A DNA stretch of 64,000 bases from Minisyncoccia bacterium (GCA_964229335.1 CAXRCZ010000007.1:62717-126716); one strand, 5' to 3'. Numbered from the stretch's first letter, positions 31,118 through 41,220 are shown. Numbers and translations: made by a program. The notes: generated from the sequence alone by a model not told the origin.

Positions 31118-32299
31118 TTGTCTGCTCAAATAAATGAAAATGTTCCGCTGCCGATTCAGTGGCTCACCAACCACCTTCCGTGGATGATTACGTGGGGTCC
31201 TGCAGGATTCATTCTGGCAAACATCGGCGTAGTCGTGCTCGGCTGGTCGCACTTGTACCACGACATTGTTCATGGGGTGCTGAATTTCGGTCTGACGATG
31301 GGGTCAGTCACTATATCGGGTCAACCGGATGTGCACTTTTTCGTCAATGACTTTCTCATGATGTTCTTCTTCCTCGTCGTGGGGACAGAAGTCAGACGTG
31401 AGCTCAGTCAGTTTCCGAGTGTGTCGAGTGCATCAGTGCCGTTCATCGCAGCTGCTGGTGGCGTCTGCTTGCCAGCAATTCTGTCGGCGGTGATCGCTCC
31501 CGACTACGCCTCGACTATCTTCGGCATTCCGATGGCGACTGATATTGCGTTTGCGCTTCTCTTCGCCGAGGTGTTGAAAGTCGACAAGACGCAACGAACT
31601 ATCCTGCTGCTCTTGGCGGTGGTGGATGATGTTTTCGGCATTCTCGTCATCGCGGTGTTCTACACCGACCAGATCGACCTGACCTTTTTGCTGTACGGCA
31701 TACTGGTTTCGGTCGTTCTGCTCTGGCTCGGCTTCGGACCGAAAACTCCCTACAAAGGCATTTACCTCATTGGGGCACTACTCCTCTGGTATCTGTTTTA
31801 TAAGGCGGGTATTCATCCGACCTTGGCGGGTGTCGTCGCTGGGGTAGCGGCTCCGTTTGATGAATCTGGAGAATCAACTTCAGAGCGCATCGAACGGGTG
31901 TTTGCAACCTGGTTTCTGCCAACCATCCTCGGCTTGTTTGCGTTCGTTAATCTCGGTATAAACGTACGCGAGTTGGTCGAGTCAGGCATCCAAGCTGACG
32001 TGGCCAGCGGTGTTGCAATCGGTCTTTTTGTCGGCAAGATTGCAGGCGTGGCTGGTGCACTCTGGCTCATCCAACGTCGCAACCCAGACGCAATCCCGTT
32101 CGGCAAACTGGCTATGGCCAGACTTGGAGCTTTGGCTGGGATTGGACTAACAGTCGCTCTGTTCATCAACAATCTGGCTTTCAACGATGAAAAATTGATT
32201 GCCAGTGCCAAGGTGGGTATTTTGACTGGGAGTTTCCTAGCAGTGCTAGCAGCCTGGGTCTTGACGATTGTTATCAATAGGCAAGAAGCGAAAGTGTGA
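31118..32299 (+). CDS. nhaA: Na+/H+ antiporter NhaA
   Basis: VNDFLM, GIPMATDIAFA, LAVVDD, GKIAG, AKVGIL. Confidence 0.92.
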   Translation: MSAQINENVPLPIQWLTNHLPWMITWGPAGFILANIGVVVLGWSHLYHDIVHGVLNFGLTMGSVTISGQPDVHFFVNDFLMMFFFLVVGTEVRRELSQFPSVSSASVPFIAAAGGVCLPAILSAVIAPDYASTIFGIPMATDIAFALLFAEVLKVDKTQRTILLLLAVVDDVFGILVIAVFYTDQIDLTFLLYGILVSVVLLWLGFGPKTPYKGIYLIGALLLWYLFYKAGIHPTLAGVVAGVAAPFDESGESTSERIERVFATWFLPTILGLFAFVNLGINVRELVESGIQADVASGVAIGLFVGKIAGVAGALWLIQRRNPDAIPFGKLAMARLGALAGIGLTVALFINNLAFNDEKLIASAKVGILTGSFLAVLAAWVLTIVINRQEAKV

Positions 32300-32388
32300 A
32301 TGAAAGGGCGGGGGACTGAATATCCTCCGCCTTTTTGTATAAAATTAGTATAATTTGTACAATAATATATATTTGTTATAATTAGAGC

Positions 32389-32934
32389 ATGTCTACAAAA
32401 ATCAATCATTCAAACTTAAACAACACCTTGGTAGCAGTGTCTGCCAAGGAACACGGAAAATTATTTCAAATTAAAGATAATCAGCTACATCTTCTTGATT
32501 ATGTAGCTGAACATCCGCCGACTCACAGTGATGACGAAGGGTTCTTTTGGAGCTCAAGTGATGGTGAAAACCTTGGTTCCGGTTATCCTAAAGAAACTGA
32601 CGACAAACGAAACCTGGACCGCTACCTCAACGCTATTGGTGGGGAGCTGAGTGAAGCGGTCAAGAAGATTAATCCGGACAAGATACTGGTCTTAGAACCA
32701 GAACACTACAAAGGATTAATCGAAGAAAACTTAATCAATCCAGACCATATTCCAGTAGAAATCATTGAATACGGAAATTTTGTCGAACACTCAGTCGATG
32801 ATATTGCTGAATTAATTAACGAACATTATCAAGAAGATCTTGACCCAGCTGATCCAGCTTCAGTGGCTGGAGAAGAAAATGCTGAAGAGAAACGCAAGAT
32901 ATTAGAGACAGCTCAATTACGATATTCTAACTAA
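32389..32934 (+). CDS. Hypothetical protein
   Basis: 181 aa acidic ORF. Confidence 0.8.
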   Translation: MSTKINHSNLNNTLVAVSAKEHGKLFQIKDNQLHLLDYVAEHPPTHSDDEGFFWSSSDGENLGSGYPKETDDKRNLDRYLNAIGGELSEAVKKINPDKILVLEPEHYKGLIEENLINPDHIPVEIIEYGNFVEHSVDDIAELINEHYQEDLDPADPASVAGEENAEEKRKILETAQLRYSN

Positions 32935-32949
32935 TCAAATAAATAATAT

Positions 32950-33456
32950 ATGTCAAAAATTGCTATTGTTGCTACCAACGGGTTTGAGTACTCAGAACTT
33001 ACAAAACCAAAAGAATCATTAGAAGAAGCCGGACACGAAGTAACAGTATTATCGATTGAAGAAGGAGAAATTCAAGCAGCTCATGATGCCGGCTCAGTCA
33101 CTGTGAATCAGTTGATTGAGGGTAGTGATGCCAATGACTACGATGGCGTGGTGTTGCCAGGGGGAGTGGCCAACCCTGATATACTGCGCACTCACAGCCA
33201 CGCAGTTGCGTTTATTCGTCATTTTATTGACGCCAATAAGCCAGTCGCTGCCATTTGTCATGGTCCCTGGACATTAATCGAAGCTGATGCGGTAGCAGGC
33301 AAGAGAGTTACTTCATGGCCATAACTCCGCACAGACTTAGAAAACGCTGGAGCTAACTGGGTAGACGAAGAAGTTGTTACTGACGGTATGTTGGTTACTA
33401 GCCGCAAGCCAGACGATATTCCAGCTTTTGTTGAGGCTTTTAAGGAGTTACTTTAA
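32950..33456 (+). pseudogene. PfpI/DJ-1 family protease/glyoxalase with in-frame TAA at 33322-33324
   Basis: GFEYSE, LPGGVANPD, AICHGPW; frame continues after stop as [35 protein letters not shown]. Confidence 0.85.
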
Positions 33457-33520
33457 GAGAATAAAAACTCGATATAGAAAATACGTGAGGGTGTTTCCTC
33501 ACGTATTTTCTATATATGTG

Positions 33521-33592
33521 TGATCCCACGGAGAATCGAACTCCGATTTCCAGGATGAAAACCTGGCGTCCTAGCCGTTAGACGATGGGACC
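33521..33592 (-). tRNA. tRNA-Glu(TTC)
   Basis: ggtccca/tgggatc, ccagg-ttTTCat-cctgg. Confidence 0.95.
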
Positions 33593-33899
33593 ATGGACTA
33601 CGTTGTGAAAACGTGCGCAGCATAATAACAAATCTGGCAAAAAATGCTAGCTTTCTCGAATTCTCACAGTGCTAAAAATGGCATTTATACGCAGGGTTAA
33701 TGACAGGGTTATACAAAAGTTTTGTACATAGTTGCTCACAGTTTTTCCACAGCGAACTATATTTATAGCTATTTCGGTAGCTTATTGACTCATGAACCCT
33801 GTGTGCGATGCTAGGTATAGGTTTGCGCGGTGGTGAAGTATTTAATACTTTGTTCCGAGGCTACGGACAATGCGTGCAGGCCAAAGCTCTACGTTGTAC

Positions 33900-33927
33900 A
33901 GCAAAAGCGCCCTTTGGGCGCTTTTGC
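33900..33927. terminator. Bidirectional terminator hairpin
   Basis: gcaaaagcgcc-tttg-ggcgcttttgc. Confidence 0.7.
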
Positions 33928-34554
33928 TTATGGTAGTTTTACGATATACCAATTCCATATACTTTTCACTGAATATCCATCTTGTATTCCGGAATGAATA
34001 ATCTGCCAGCCTCGGTCCGCTATATATTGCTTTTGCTGAGTAGGGTTAAGGATAGTGAATTGTCGAGGATCTTCATTTTCTTTGTCTCCAGAGGGGTGCT
34101 GGGATGGAAACGAAAGATATCCTACCGCTCCAGACCGCATCATTTTTTCAATGTTACTAAACATCTGATTCCATTGCTCAAGTGGCACATGCATAAGTAC
34201 TGCGGTAGCAAGAAAACCATCAAAGGTCTTGTTTGGTAGAGAAGCAATATCAGCAATGTTTCCCAATTCGAAACAAAGTTGAGGATATCTTCTTCTAGCA
34301 ATATTTAAAAATGATTCACTGATGTCAATACCGTGGTATTCCAGATGTCGGCCGATACCAAAGAAAAGTGGTACGAGACTACCGTTAGCGCATCCTATAT
34401 CTAGAATTTCAGACTTTTCCGGGAGTAGACTCGCGAATTTAGAGAATTCTTTTTCATGGTAAAAACTATTAGTCTTTACACGAGCCCAATCTTCAGCACG
34501 CTCATTGTAATAGTTTTTGGTTTCTTCAATCTTATTTAGCTTTGAGGTTGACAT
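33928..34554 (-). CDS. Class I SAM-dependent methyltransferase
   Basis: ILDIGCANG, GIDIS, AVLMHVP; start overlaps the upstream stop. Confidence 0.88.
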   Translation of the reverse strand: MSTSKLNKIEETKNYYNERAEDWARVKTNSFYHEKEFSKFASLLPEKSEILDIGCANGSLVPLFFGIGRHLEYHGIDISESFLNIARRRYPQLCFELGNIADIASLPNKTFDGFLATAVLMHVPLEQWNQMFSNIEKMMRSGAVGYLSFPSQHPSGDKENEDPRQFTILNPTQQKQYIADRGWQIIHSGIQDGYSVKSIWNWYIVKLP

Positions 34555-35458
34555 AGATGTCTTCGAGGGCGCGGACGGCGTCGCCGGCAGAGATGTTGTT
34601 TTGGTGGTAGTGGATATTAGTACAATCACCAGCTGCCCAAATATTTTTCACATTGGTTTGCTGTGTCCATGGGTCAATCTTGATGCGTTGGTACTCATCC
34701 AGTTCTACTGTGTCACCAACAAAGTCAGTATTGGGAATCATCCCAATCTCCACAAACACACCAGCTACTGGTAAGGTTTCTTTTTCGCCTGTCGAAGTGT
34801 CTTCGTAGGTGAGTGAAGTGACAAATTTGTCTCCTTCAATAGAAAGAGTGTTGGCGTTGGTGATGCCACGCATGTTTTCATGAGCTAGTACCTTTTCGAT
34901 AGTAACTGGATCGGCTTTAAACTCGTCGCTATGGTGCAATAGCGTCACGCTCTTAGTATAGGCTAGAAGCTGAGCGGCGGTCTCAAATCCAGCGTTACCG
35001 CCGCCTATCACTGCTACGTCTTGACCAGCGAAGAGAGGACCGTCACAGCTGGCACAGTATGTCACACCCTTGTGCTCAAATTTGTCAGCTCCAGGTACAT
35101 CAAGTCGACGTCGATTTGAGCCGGTAGCAATAAGAACTGCAGAGGCAGAGTGCTCTGTACCGTCTGATAGAGTCGCTGTCGCAGTATCGCCATCAGAAGT
35201 CAGGTCGGTGACTAGTTGGTCAGAAACAATGTCTACAATGCCTTCTGCGTAGGTTTCGACATGTTTCTTAAGGGAGTCGGCCAATTCGCTACCACTAATA
35301 GAAGGACTACCAATCCAGTTTTGGATATCAGGAGAGACGATACTCTGTCCACCCCATTCCTTTGTAACCATAAGGGTGCGTAGTTGTTTGCGGGAAGCGT
35401 ATACGGCGGCTGCAGAACCCGCTGGTCCACCACCGATAATTATCAAATCGTACATCAT
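34532..35458 (-). CDS. trxB: Thioredoxin reductase/AhpF-like FAD oxidoreductase
   Basis: GGGPAG, CASCDG, GGGNAG, AAGD. Confidence 0.88.
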   Translation of the reverse strand: MMYDLIIIGGGPAGSAAAVYASRKQLRTLMVTKEWGGQSIVSPDIQNWIGSPSISGSELADSLKKHVETYAEGIVDIVSDQLVTDLTSDGDTATATLSDGTEHSASAVLIATGSNRRRLDVPGADKFEHKGVTYCASCDGPLFAGQDVAVIGGGNAGFETAAQLLAYTKSVTLLHHSDEFKADPVTIEKVLAHENMRGITNANTLSIEGDKFVTSLTYEDTSTGEKETLPVAGVFVEIGMIPNTDFVGDTVELDEYQRIKIDPWTQQTNVKNIWAAGDCTNIHYHQNNISAGDAVRALEDIYVNLKAK

Positions 35459-35569
35459 TAATTTCTTACTCGTAAGGTGTCCACCATCATACCAGAGTAG
35501 GGCAATCTAATGAAGAAACCACCTAGTAGTCTAGATGGTTTCTGTTGGGAAGATAAATTGTAGTTTTTA

Positions 35570-35709
35570 GAACGCTGGTACCGGTCACAAGTTACTAAGT
35601 GTTTTCACTAACTTCGTTAGTTGCGAGCACTAAGTACTCGCGACCCCAGCTCGCTTCTCGTCGCTGCGGGATAGAGCCGCTCCTCACATCGCTGCGCTTG
35701 GCGGTACCC
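35570..35709 (-). repeat. Same element family at the 3' end of ftsZ
   Basis: 35630-35655 is 25/26 identical (revcomp) to 55790-55815; inverted copy of ftsZ 35740-35749 at 35700-35709; degenerate direct copy at 35570-35583. Confidence 0.85.
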
Positions 35710-36939
35710 TTATTTCAGCTTACTTCGTCGCAGAAATGCGGGTACCGCCCCCCAATCGTCCTCTTCATCAGAGTCTTCACTCGCGTCGACTGGTTTTGGT
35801 TCACGTTTGGGAATTTCTGGACGTGAAGACTGATTAGTGTTTGCTGCTGGAGCTGGTGTTTCCTCAGCTTTCTTTGGTAGAGAGTTAAATATCTTTCCTT
35901 TGGTTGGTGTAATCTCTATATCTTCATCATCCTCTTGAATCGGAGCTCGGCGAGAGATATGCATGCCACCGGTGTTGAGAGTTTCGTCAGGGAAACCAGT
36001 AGCGATAACGGTGACTTTGATTTCATTCTTCTTCAACTTCTCGTCACGAATTGCTCCGAAGATAACTTTTGCTTGAGAATCAATTGATTCAGTGATTACC
36101 CGTGCCGCGTCTTGGATTTCGAGCATACCAAGATCATCTCCACCAGCGATGGCGAATAGAACACCTTTCGCTCCAGTAATCGAAACTTCCAATAGGGGAG
36201 AGTTAATAGCGTCTCGAGAAGCTTCCTCAGCACGCTTGTCGCCAGAAGAAATACCTACACCCATCAAGGCTGAGCCGGCATTTTCCATTACGCTGCGGAT
36301 GTCAGCGAAGTCGACATTGATGATACCTGGCATGGTAATCAGGTCAGAGATACCTTCTACCGCTTGACGTAGAACGTTGTCACACTGCTCAAACGCGTTT
36401 TTAACAGTGGTCTCCTTGTCTACAATTGCTAGCAAGCGATCGTTAGGGATGGTGATGAGTGCATCAACCTCTTTCTTCAGTTCTTCGATTCCTTGCAAAG
36501 CAAGACGCATACGCTCTTGGCCTTCAAATAAGAATGGTTTAGTCACTACACCAACAGTGAGAGCACCACTTTCACGAGCGATTTTAGCTACGACGGGAGC
36601 AGATCCGGTACCGGTACCTCCACCCATTCCTCCAGTGATGAAGATCATATCTGATCCTTTGATGGCGTTGGCGATTTCTTCTCGAGTTTCTTCAGCAGCG
36701 CGGCGACCCATGTCAGGGTTACCACCAGCTCCTAGACCGCGGGTGAGGTTCTTACCGATGTGAATTTTTTTCTTAGCTAGCGAGTGATGTAAGTCTTGGG
36801 CGTCACTGTTTACTGCAATAAATTCCACTCCTTTAACTTTTGAGTTCACCATGTGGTTCACGGCGTTCTTTCCAGAGCCGCCGACACCAACGACTCTTAT
36901 ACGTGCAAATGACTCTACGTCTGATTTAATTTGTTCCAT
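35710..36939 (-). CDS. ftsZ: Cell division protein FtsZ
   Basis: [16 protein letters not shown]-terminal VPAFLRR. Confidence 0.98.
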   Translation of the reverse strand: MEQIKSDVESFARIRVVGVGGSGKNAVNHMVNSKVKGVEFIAVNSDAQDLHHSLAKKKIHIGKNLTRGLGAGGNPDMGRRAAEETREEIANAIKGSDMIFITGGMGGGTGTGSAPVVAKIARESGALTVGVVTKPFLFEGQERMRLALQGIEELKKEVDALITIPNDRLLAIVDKETTVKNAFEQCDNVLRQAVEGISDLITMPGIINVDFADIRSVMENAGSALMGVGISSGDKRAEEASRDAINSPLLEVSITGAKGVLFAIAGGDDLGMLEIQDAARVITESIDSQAKVIFGAIRDEKLKKNEIKVTVIATGFPDETLNTGGMHISRRAPIQEDDEDIEITPTKGKIFNSLPKKAEETPAPAANTNQSSRPEIPKREPKPVDASEDSDEEDDWGAVPAFLRRSKLK

Positions 36940-37085
36940 ACTGAAGATTATTTTTCACCTACTCACCACCCATCAGTCGTGTTCGTAGCTAGTAACATCA
37001 TCTATCATACACAAACAAAAAAGACCTGTCATCCTATTGACATATCTCACATTCGTGTAATTGACTTTTACTATCTAAAGTTAGT

Positions 37086-38261
37086 TTATGGTAGGAATTG
37101 ACTAAGCCAAGCTAACAGATTGTGTCTGGTTTTTTTAACTACTCCGATAGCTGAGGTATCGGCAGTGTCACTGGCACCCCACATACACAATCCGTATGCT
37201 ACCGCCCATGACACATCGCGTCCTTTGACATTTTTTCCTTTACCTATTTCTAAATTCGCTGTCCTTGCTGGTAGAGATAGGGTCTCTTTAGCGACATCAA
37301 CCGTTTGAGGTAGAGAGGCACCACCGCCTGTCATAATAATTCCTGCTGGCAACAGACCGTCACGTTTGATATGTTTGAGATGATTTTCTACCAGGTCAAA
37401 TATTCCTTTCAATCGTTCGGTAATAATTTCATCTACTTTCTTTTTGGAAAACGTTGCGCTCGTCATAGCACCGCGTTTTATCTTCTCAGCTTCTTCTAGT
37501 GGTACTCGCAAGCCAAGCGCTAGGTCGTTGGTAACGTCAGCGCTCCCGACTGGAAAAATTTTGAGAGAGATGGGGGTGGATTCTTCAAATACTACCACTG
37601 AGGTTGTTTCAGCCCCTATGTTAGCTAGTACACACCCGGCTCTCTTTTGGGCTTTGGAGAGCAGTACAAAGCTGGCAGCAAGCGGGGATGCGATGACATC
37701 TTCTACGTATACACCGGTGTTTTCGATGGTGCTAATTAAATCATTCACATGCTGTTCGTAGGTAGTAATGAACAAACTATCAACCTCGAGCTTGGTACCC
37801 TTGAGACCTTGCGGTCGACCCAAGACTTCAGTGCCGTCGATGGTGTATCGAAGCGGAATTCCATGCAGGATGCGGCGATTAGGAATATGGTCAAGGACGC
37901 GTTCCTCGCTATCCTGCATTAACTTTTCAGTGTCAGTGGATGTCACTTCGGAATCTGCTCGGGTCGGAATGATTTCGCCGTGAGAGTAAATTTCTTCAAG
38001 ACCAATACTACCAATTGCTACATGAGCCTTTTTAATGCTAATTCCAGCTGTTCTTTCGGCTTGAGTGAGGGCAGCTTTGAGACTACGTGATACCTCGCCT
38101 GGTTGTAGTATGTAGCCATTTTTTAGACCACGGCTTTCTGATAGGCCAGTGGCAATGATTTCAGGTTTTTGTGACCCTGACTGATTTTTAACCACACGAG
38201 CCACTGCCACTTTAATGTGGTAGGTTCCAATATCGATACCAGTGATGATTTGATCAGCCAT
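37086..38261 (-). CDS. ftsA: Cell division protein FtsA
   Basis: GIDIGT, AEKIK, TGGGA; adjacent to ftsZ. Confidence 0.95.
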   Translation of the reverse strand: MADQIITGIDIGTYHIKVAVARVVKNQSGSQKPEIIATGLSESRGLKNGYILQPGEVSRSLKAALTQAERTAGISIKKAHVAIGSIGLEEIYSHGEIIPTRADSEVTSTDTEKLMQDSEERVLDHIPNRRILHGIPLRYTIDGTEVLGRPQGLKGTKLEVDSLFITTYEQHVNDLISTIENTGVYVEDVIASPLAASFVLLSKAQKRAGCVLANIGAETTSVVVFEESTPISLKIFPVGSADVTNDLALGLRVPLEEAEKIKRGAMTSATFSKKKVDEIITERLKGIFDLVENHLKHIKRDGLLPAGIIMTGGGASLPQTVDVAKETLSLPARTANLEIGKGKNVKGRDVSWAVAYGLCMWGASDTADTSAIGVVKKTRHNLLAWLSQFLP

Positions 38262-38264
38262 AGA

Positions 38265-38648
38265 TTATGTAATTTTGAACTTACGCAAATACGCTTGCTC
38301 TTGTTTTTCCATTGTATCCCCGTGGTCATGTCCTTTCAAATGCAGACAACCGTGGATAAATAAGAAAGCGACATGTCCTCTGGGAGTGAGGGAAAACTTA
38401 GTAGCCTCTCTCTTGGCAATGTCTGGACAAATATATATTTCGCCCACTTTTTCATCTAGAGGGAAAGAGAGTATATTTGGAATGTAGTCTTTGTTCCGGT
38501 ATTTTTTATTTAAAGTGGCGGCACGGTCGCGGCCAATGAAGGTAAGAGATAGCTCGTAACGCTGGCCAAGGATTTCGTTTTTGATTGCTTCATACGGCCA
38601 CACCGGATAGTCGGAGACGGTAGCTGAGACGGTGACAGAATTAGACAT
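38265..38648 (-). CDS. ybeY: Endoribonuclease YbeY
   Basis: LNKKYRNKD, HGCLHLKGHDH. Confidence 0.93.
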   Translation of the reverse strand: MSNSVTVSATVSDYPVWPYEAIKNEILGQRYELSLTFIGRDRAATLNKKYRNKDYIPNILSFPLDEKVGEIYICPDIAKREATKFSLTPRGHVAFLFIHGCLHLKGHDHGDTMEKQEQAYLRKFKIT

Positions 38649-38716
38649 AGCAAATGTTATTATACACTACTAAAAAACCGCGCCGTGAGCAGATGCTAAC
38701 GGCGCGGTTTTTGGTT

Positions 38717-38959
38717 TTACCGGCGAGAACGAAAATCTTGAATCTTGCCTAGCTTTACGAGTTTTTCGTATCGATCACGTTTCTCCAGTTTTTTGAGTTT
38801 AGCAGTGCGTTGTACATTGCGACTCTTGTTGCGAGAGTGGTAGCGATTATTTCGCACTTTAGGAATGATCCCGGCGCCTTGTACACGCTTTGTAAAGCGA
38901 CGAATTACGTTCGCGCTACTCTCATTATTGTTTTTTGTTACTTCAACATTGGTTGCCAT
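38717..38959 (-). CDS. rpsU: 30S ribosomal protein bS21
   Basis: NESSANVIRRFTKRVQGAGI, basic C-terminus. Confidence 0.75.
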   Translation of the reverse strand: MATNVEVTKNNNESSANVIRRFTKRVQGAGIIPKVRNNRYHSRNKSRNVQRTAKLKKLEKRDRYEKLVKLGKIQDFRSRR

Positions 38960-39004
38960 AGGTCGCAAGAGCATAGCATCACTCGCCGAGATTAGCAAGA
39001 CTAT

Positions 39005-40165
39005 TTAGAGCGTCACACTACTTTTTCGGCGCAGGCGTTTGACAGCTTCGTGCATATTAACAAATTCCTGGTTTCGAGCGTCCATATCGCGCAGTATCAC
39101 TGTATCTTCGACAAATTCTTTTTGCCCGATAATGATGGAGTACTTCACCCCTTTGTTTTCCGCATCGCGCAGCTGCGCTGATAATGAATCAGACGTTAGG
39201 TCGTGAAAGACAGGCACACCAGCTTGTTTAAGAGCGTCTATCAGCAGCAAACTGCGGATTTTTGGTCCAAAGCCGAGGTGAACTACATATACCGCTGGGG
39301 TGATACTTTTTATACGAGGTAGTCGAGCAGGGGTCTTGGAATTTTTAAGGGTCACCACTACACCAGCGGCAGGTGTGCGAGCGTGCGTGTTGCGGTGAAC
39401 AAATTCGTCAAATCGACCGCCTTGGATAGTTAGCGGCGGCTCGTCTTCGCCTAGCAAGTCGATAGAGAAAATAGCGTCTGAGTAGCATTCATGGTGAGCC
39501 ATCATCTTTGGGTCTATCTCATATGGAGTGTCACTCATATCGAGAAATTCAATGATCTCTCGAAAGTGCTTGCGGCTCGGATCGCTCAAGTATTCTAGAG
39601 GGTTAGGTGAACGCTGGGCCAGTTCATGATTTTCCTTAATGAGTTGACTCAGGGCACGCAGAGGGTGTTCTTTCATTAACTCACGAGCCTCAGACGACAT
39701 AGTGTCCATTCGTTTCTTAAGGAAATTAGTCAACTCGCGCGTATATCGCGCGACTGAATCTCGGTCTCCAAGTGAATTAATTCGCACTGAGTGTTCAGTG
39801 TGGCCGAGGTCAGTAGCTAAAGCACGGGCAGTTTGAATGAGTAAGGCTTCAGCAATGCTTTTTTCAGCATTGAAGACATGAAAGATTACCGCCGCTTCAC
39901 CGGTTCGTGGGGTTTGGGCAATAGAGTAAAAGAGAACCGGTCGATCAAACGCATGAAGCTGGTCTTCACAGTAGGTAACTAGTCCCGAACTCAACAAACC
40001 ATTTTGTTCATCAACACGCTTATTAAGACCAGTGACTGAATGGGGAAGGGTGACAGTGCACTCTTTGCACTCAGTTTCTTTTTTGAGTTGCTCAGCCTCC
40101 CGAAATCCAAAGTGTTCAGCCACTTGGCGAGCAGTTTTAAGGAAATCTGTTGGAGAGTAAGACAT
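39005..40165 (-). CDS. HisRS-like protein with degenerate catalytic motifs and intact anticodon-binding domain
   Basis: RINSLG, GGRFD, SLSAQLRDA..GVKYSIIIGQKE. Confidence 0.8.
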   Translation of the reverse strand: MSYSPTDFLKTARQVAEHFGFREAEQLKKETECKECTVTLPHSVTGLNKRVDEQNGLLSSGLVTYCEDQLHAFDRPVLFYSIAQTPRTGEAAVIFHVFNAEKSIAEALLIQTARALATDLGHTEHSVRINSLGDRDSVARYTRELTNFLKKRMDTMSSEARELMKEHPLRALSQLIKENHELAQRSPNPLEYLSDPSRKHFREIIEFLDMSDTPYEIDPKMMAHHECYSDAIFSIDLLGEDEPPLTIQGGRFDEFVHRNTHARTPAAGVVVTLKNSKTPARLPRIKSITPAVYVVHLGFGPKIRSLLLIDALKQAGVPVFHDLTSDSLSAQLRDAENKGVKYSIIIGQKEFVEDTVILRDMDARNQEFVNMHEAVKRLRRKSSVTL

Positions 40166-40166
40166 A

Positions 40167-40787
40167 TTAGTTAGAGGTATTAGTTACGCTAGTAATGGCG
40201 CCTGGAAAAAACTCAAATGACTGAGGCGGAAACAGTCGTACCCACGCTCTGCCAATAATCTTATCCTCTTCCAGTGGTCCCCAGGTGCGAGAGTCAGAGC
40301 TTTTATCACGATTATCACCCATCACAAAATATTCATCTTCACTGAGGGTGGTAGTGAATGGAGCGGTCGGTGTCATTTGAGCGATGTATGGTTCGTCTAG
40401 TACAAAGCCATTGGGTGAATTTTGATTAGATATTGTCACTTCGTTATCAATGATTGAAATGGTTTCTCCTGGTAAGCCAATCACTCGCTTAATAAAGAAT
40501 TTTGATGGATCACGGGGGTAGCGGAATATGATTACTTCACCGCGAGCAGGCTCATCAAAGTGGTAAGTTACTTGATCAATTATCAAATACTCACCGGTAT
40601 AAAATGTCTCTTCCATAGATGCGCCAGAGACAATAAATGGTTGAGCAATAAATAACCGAATCGGGACTACGATAATAATGGCGATGATAGAAAAGCGGAC
40701 AATTTCTGCGAGAGGATGCTCCTTCTTCTCCGGTTTGGTGGTGTCGGTAGAAAGATCAGTGGAGGGTTGTTGAGAAAATAACGCCAT
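40167..40787 (-). CDS. lepB: Signal peptidase I
   Basis: SGASM, IKRVIGLPGE, MGDNRDKSSDSR. Confidence 0.95.
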   Translation of the reverse strand: MALFSQQPSTDLSTDTTKPEKKEHPLAEIVRFSIIAIIIVVPIRLFIAQPFIVSGASMEETFYTGEYLIIDQVTYHFDEPARGEVIIFRYPRDPSKFFIKRVIGLPGETISIIDNEVTISNQNSPNGFVLDEPYIAQMTPTAPFTTTLSEDEYFVMGDNRDKSSDSRTWGPLEEDKIIGRAWVRLFPPQSFEFFPGAITSVTNTSN

Positions 40788-40877
40788 GAGAAGATGATTT
40801 TTATTATTATACGAAATTTTAGAAGGTAAAACAAATTAAGCAAAATCACGAGCAACAAAGTTGCGACTAAATTTTGC

Positions 40878-40937
40878 TTATGCCGGCGCTTAGCCAGAAT
40901 CGACCTCTCAAGGGATATTTTGGCTGTAGCGAGCGGC
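40878..40937 (-). repeat. 60-nt hairpin motif, copy B
   Basis: 55/60 identical to copy A. Confidence 0.85.
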
Positions 40938-40977
40938 AAAGGAAGTCTGTTCCGTTGCCGACAGTTAAAGCAAGTAC

Positions 40978-41037
40978 TTATACAGGCACTTAATCAGATT
41001 CGACTTCTCTAGGAAGAATATGATTGTAGTGAGCTGT
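40978..41037 (-). repeat. 60-nt hairpin motif, diverged copy C
   Basis: About 43/60 to copy B, offset 100 bp, compensatory stem changes. Confidence 0.75.
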
Positions 41038-41220
41038 AAAGAAAGTACAACATCAACTACTATTAGTTAAATTACTCTGAAGTGATTGGGTCGGCACTGT
41101 GCTTAGAACACGAATCGAGTTCTCCGCTCACAATCTTAGATTGCTCCGCGAGATTCCAATCACAGCGCCGACCCAACACCGCCCTCCGAAAACACTAAAC
41201 AACATGCTATTGTTTTAAGA

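Noticed and set aside
33322-33324. Stop-codon recoding (alternative genetic code)
   Set aside because: TAA, TAG and TGA all terminate genes normally and long core ORFs are intact under code 11.
33600-33760. Possible oriC (degenerate DnaA-like boxes such as ttttccaca)
   Set aside because: Boxes are poor matches, and no dnaA or clear unwinding element is visible; not supportable from this window.
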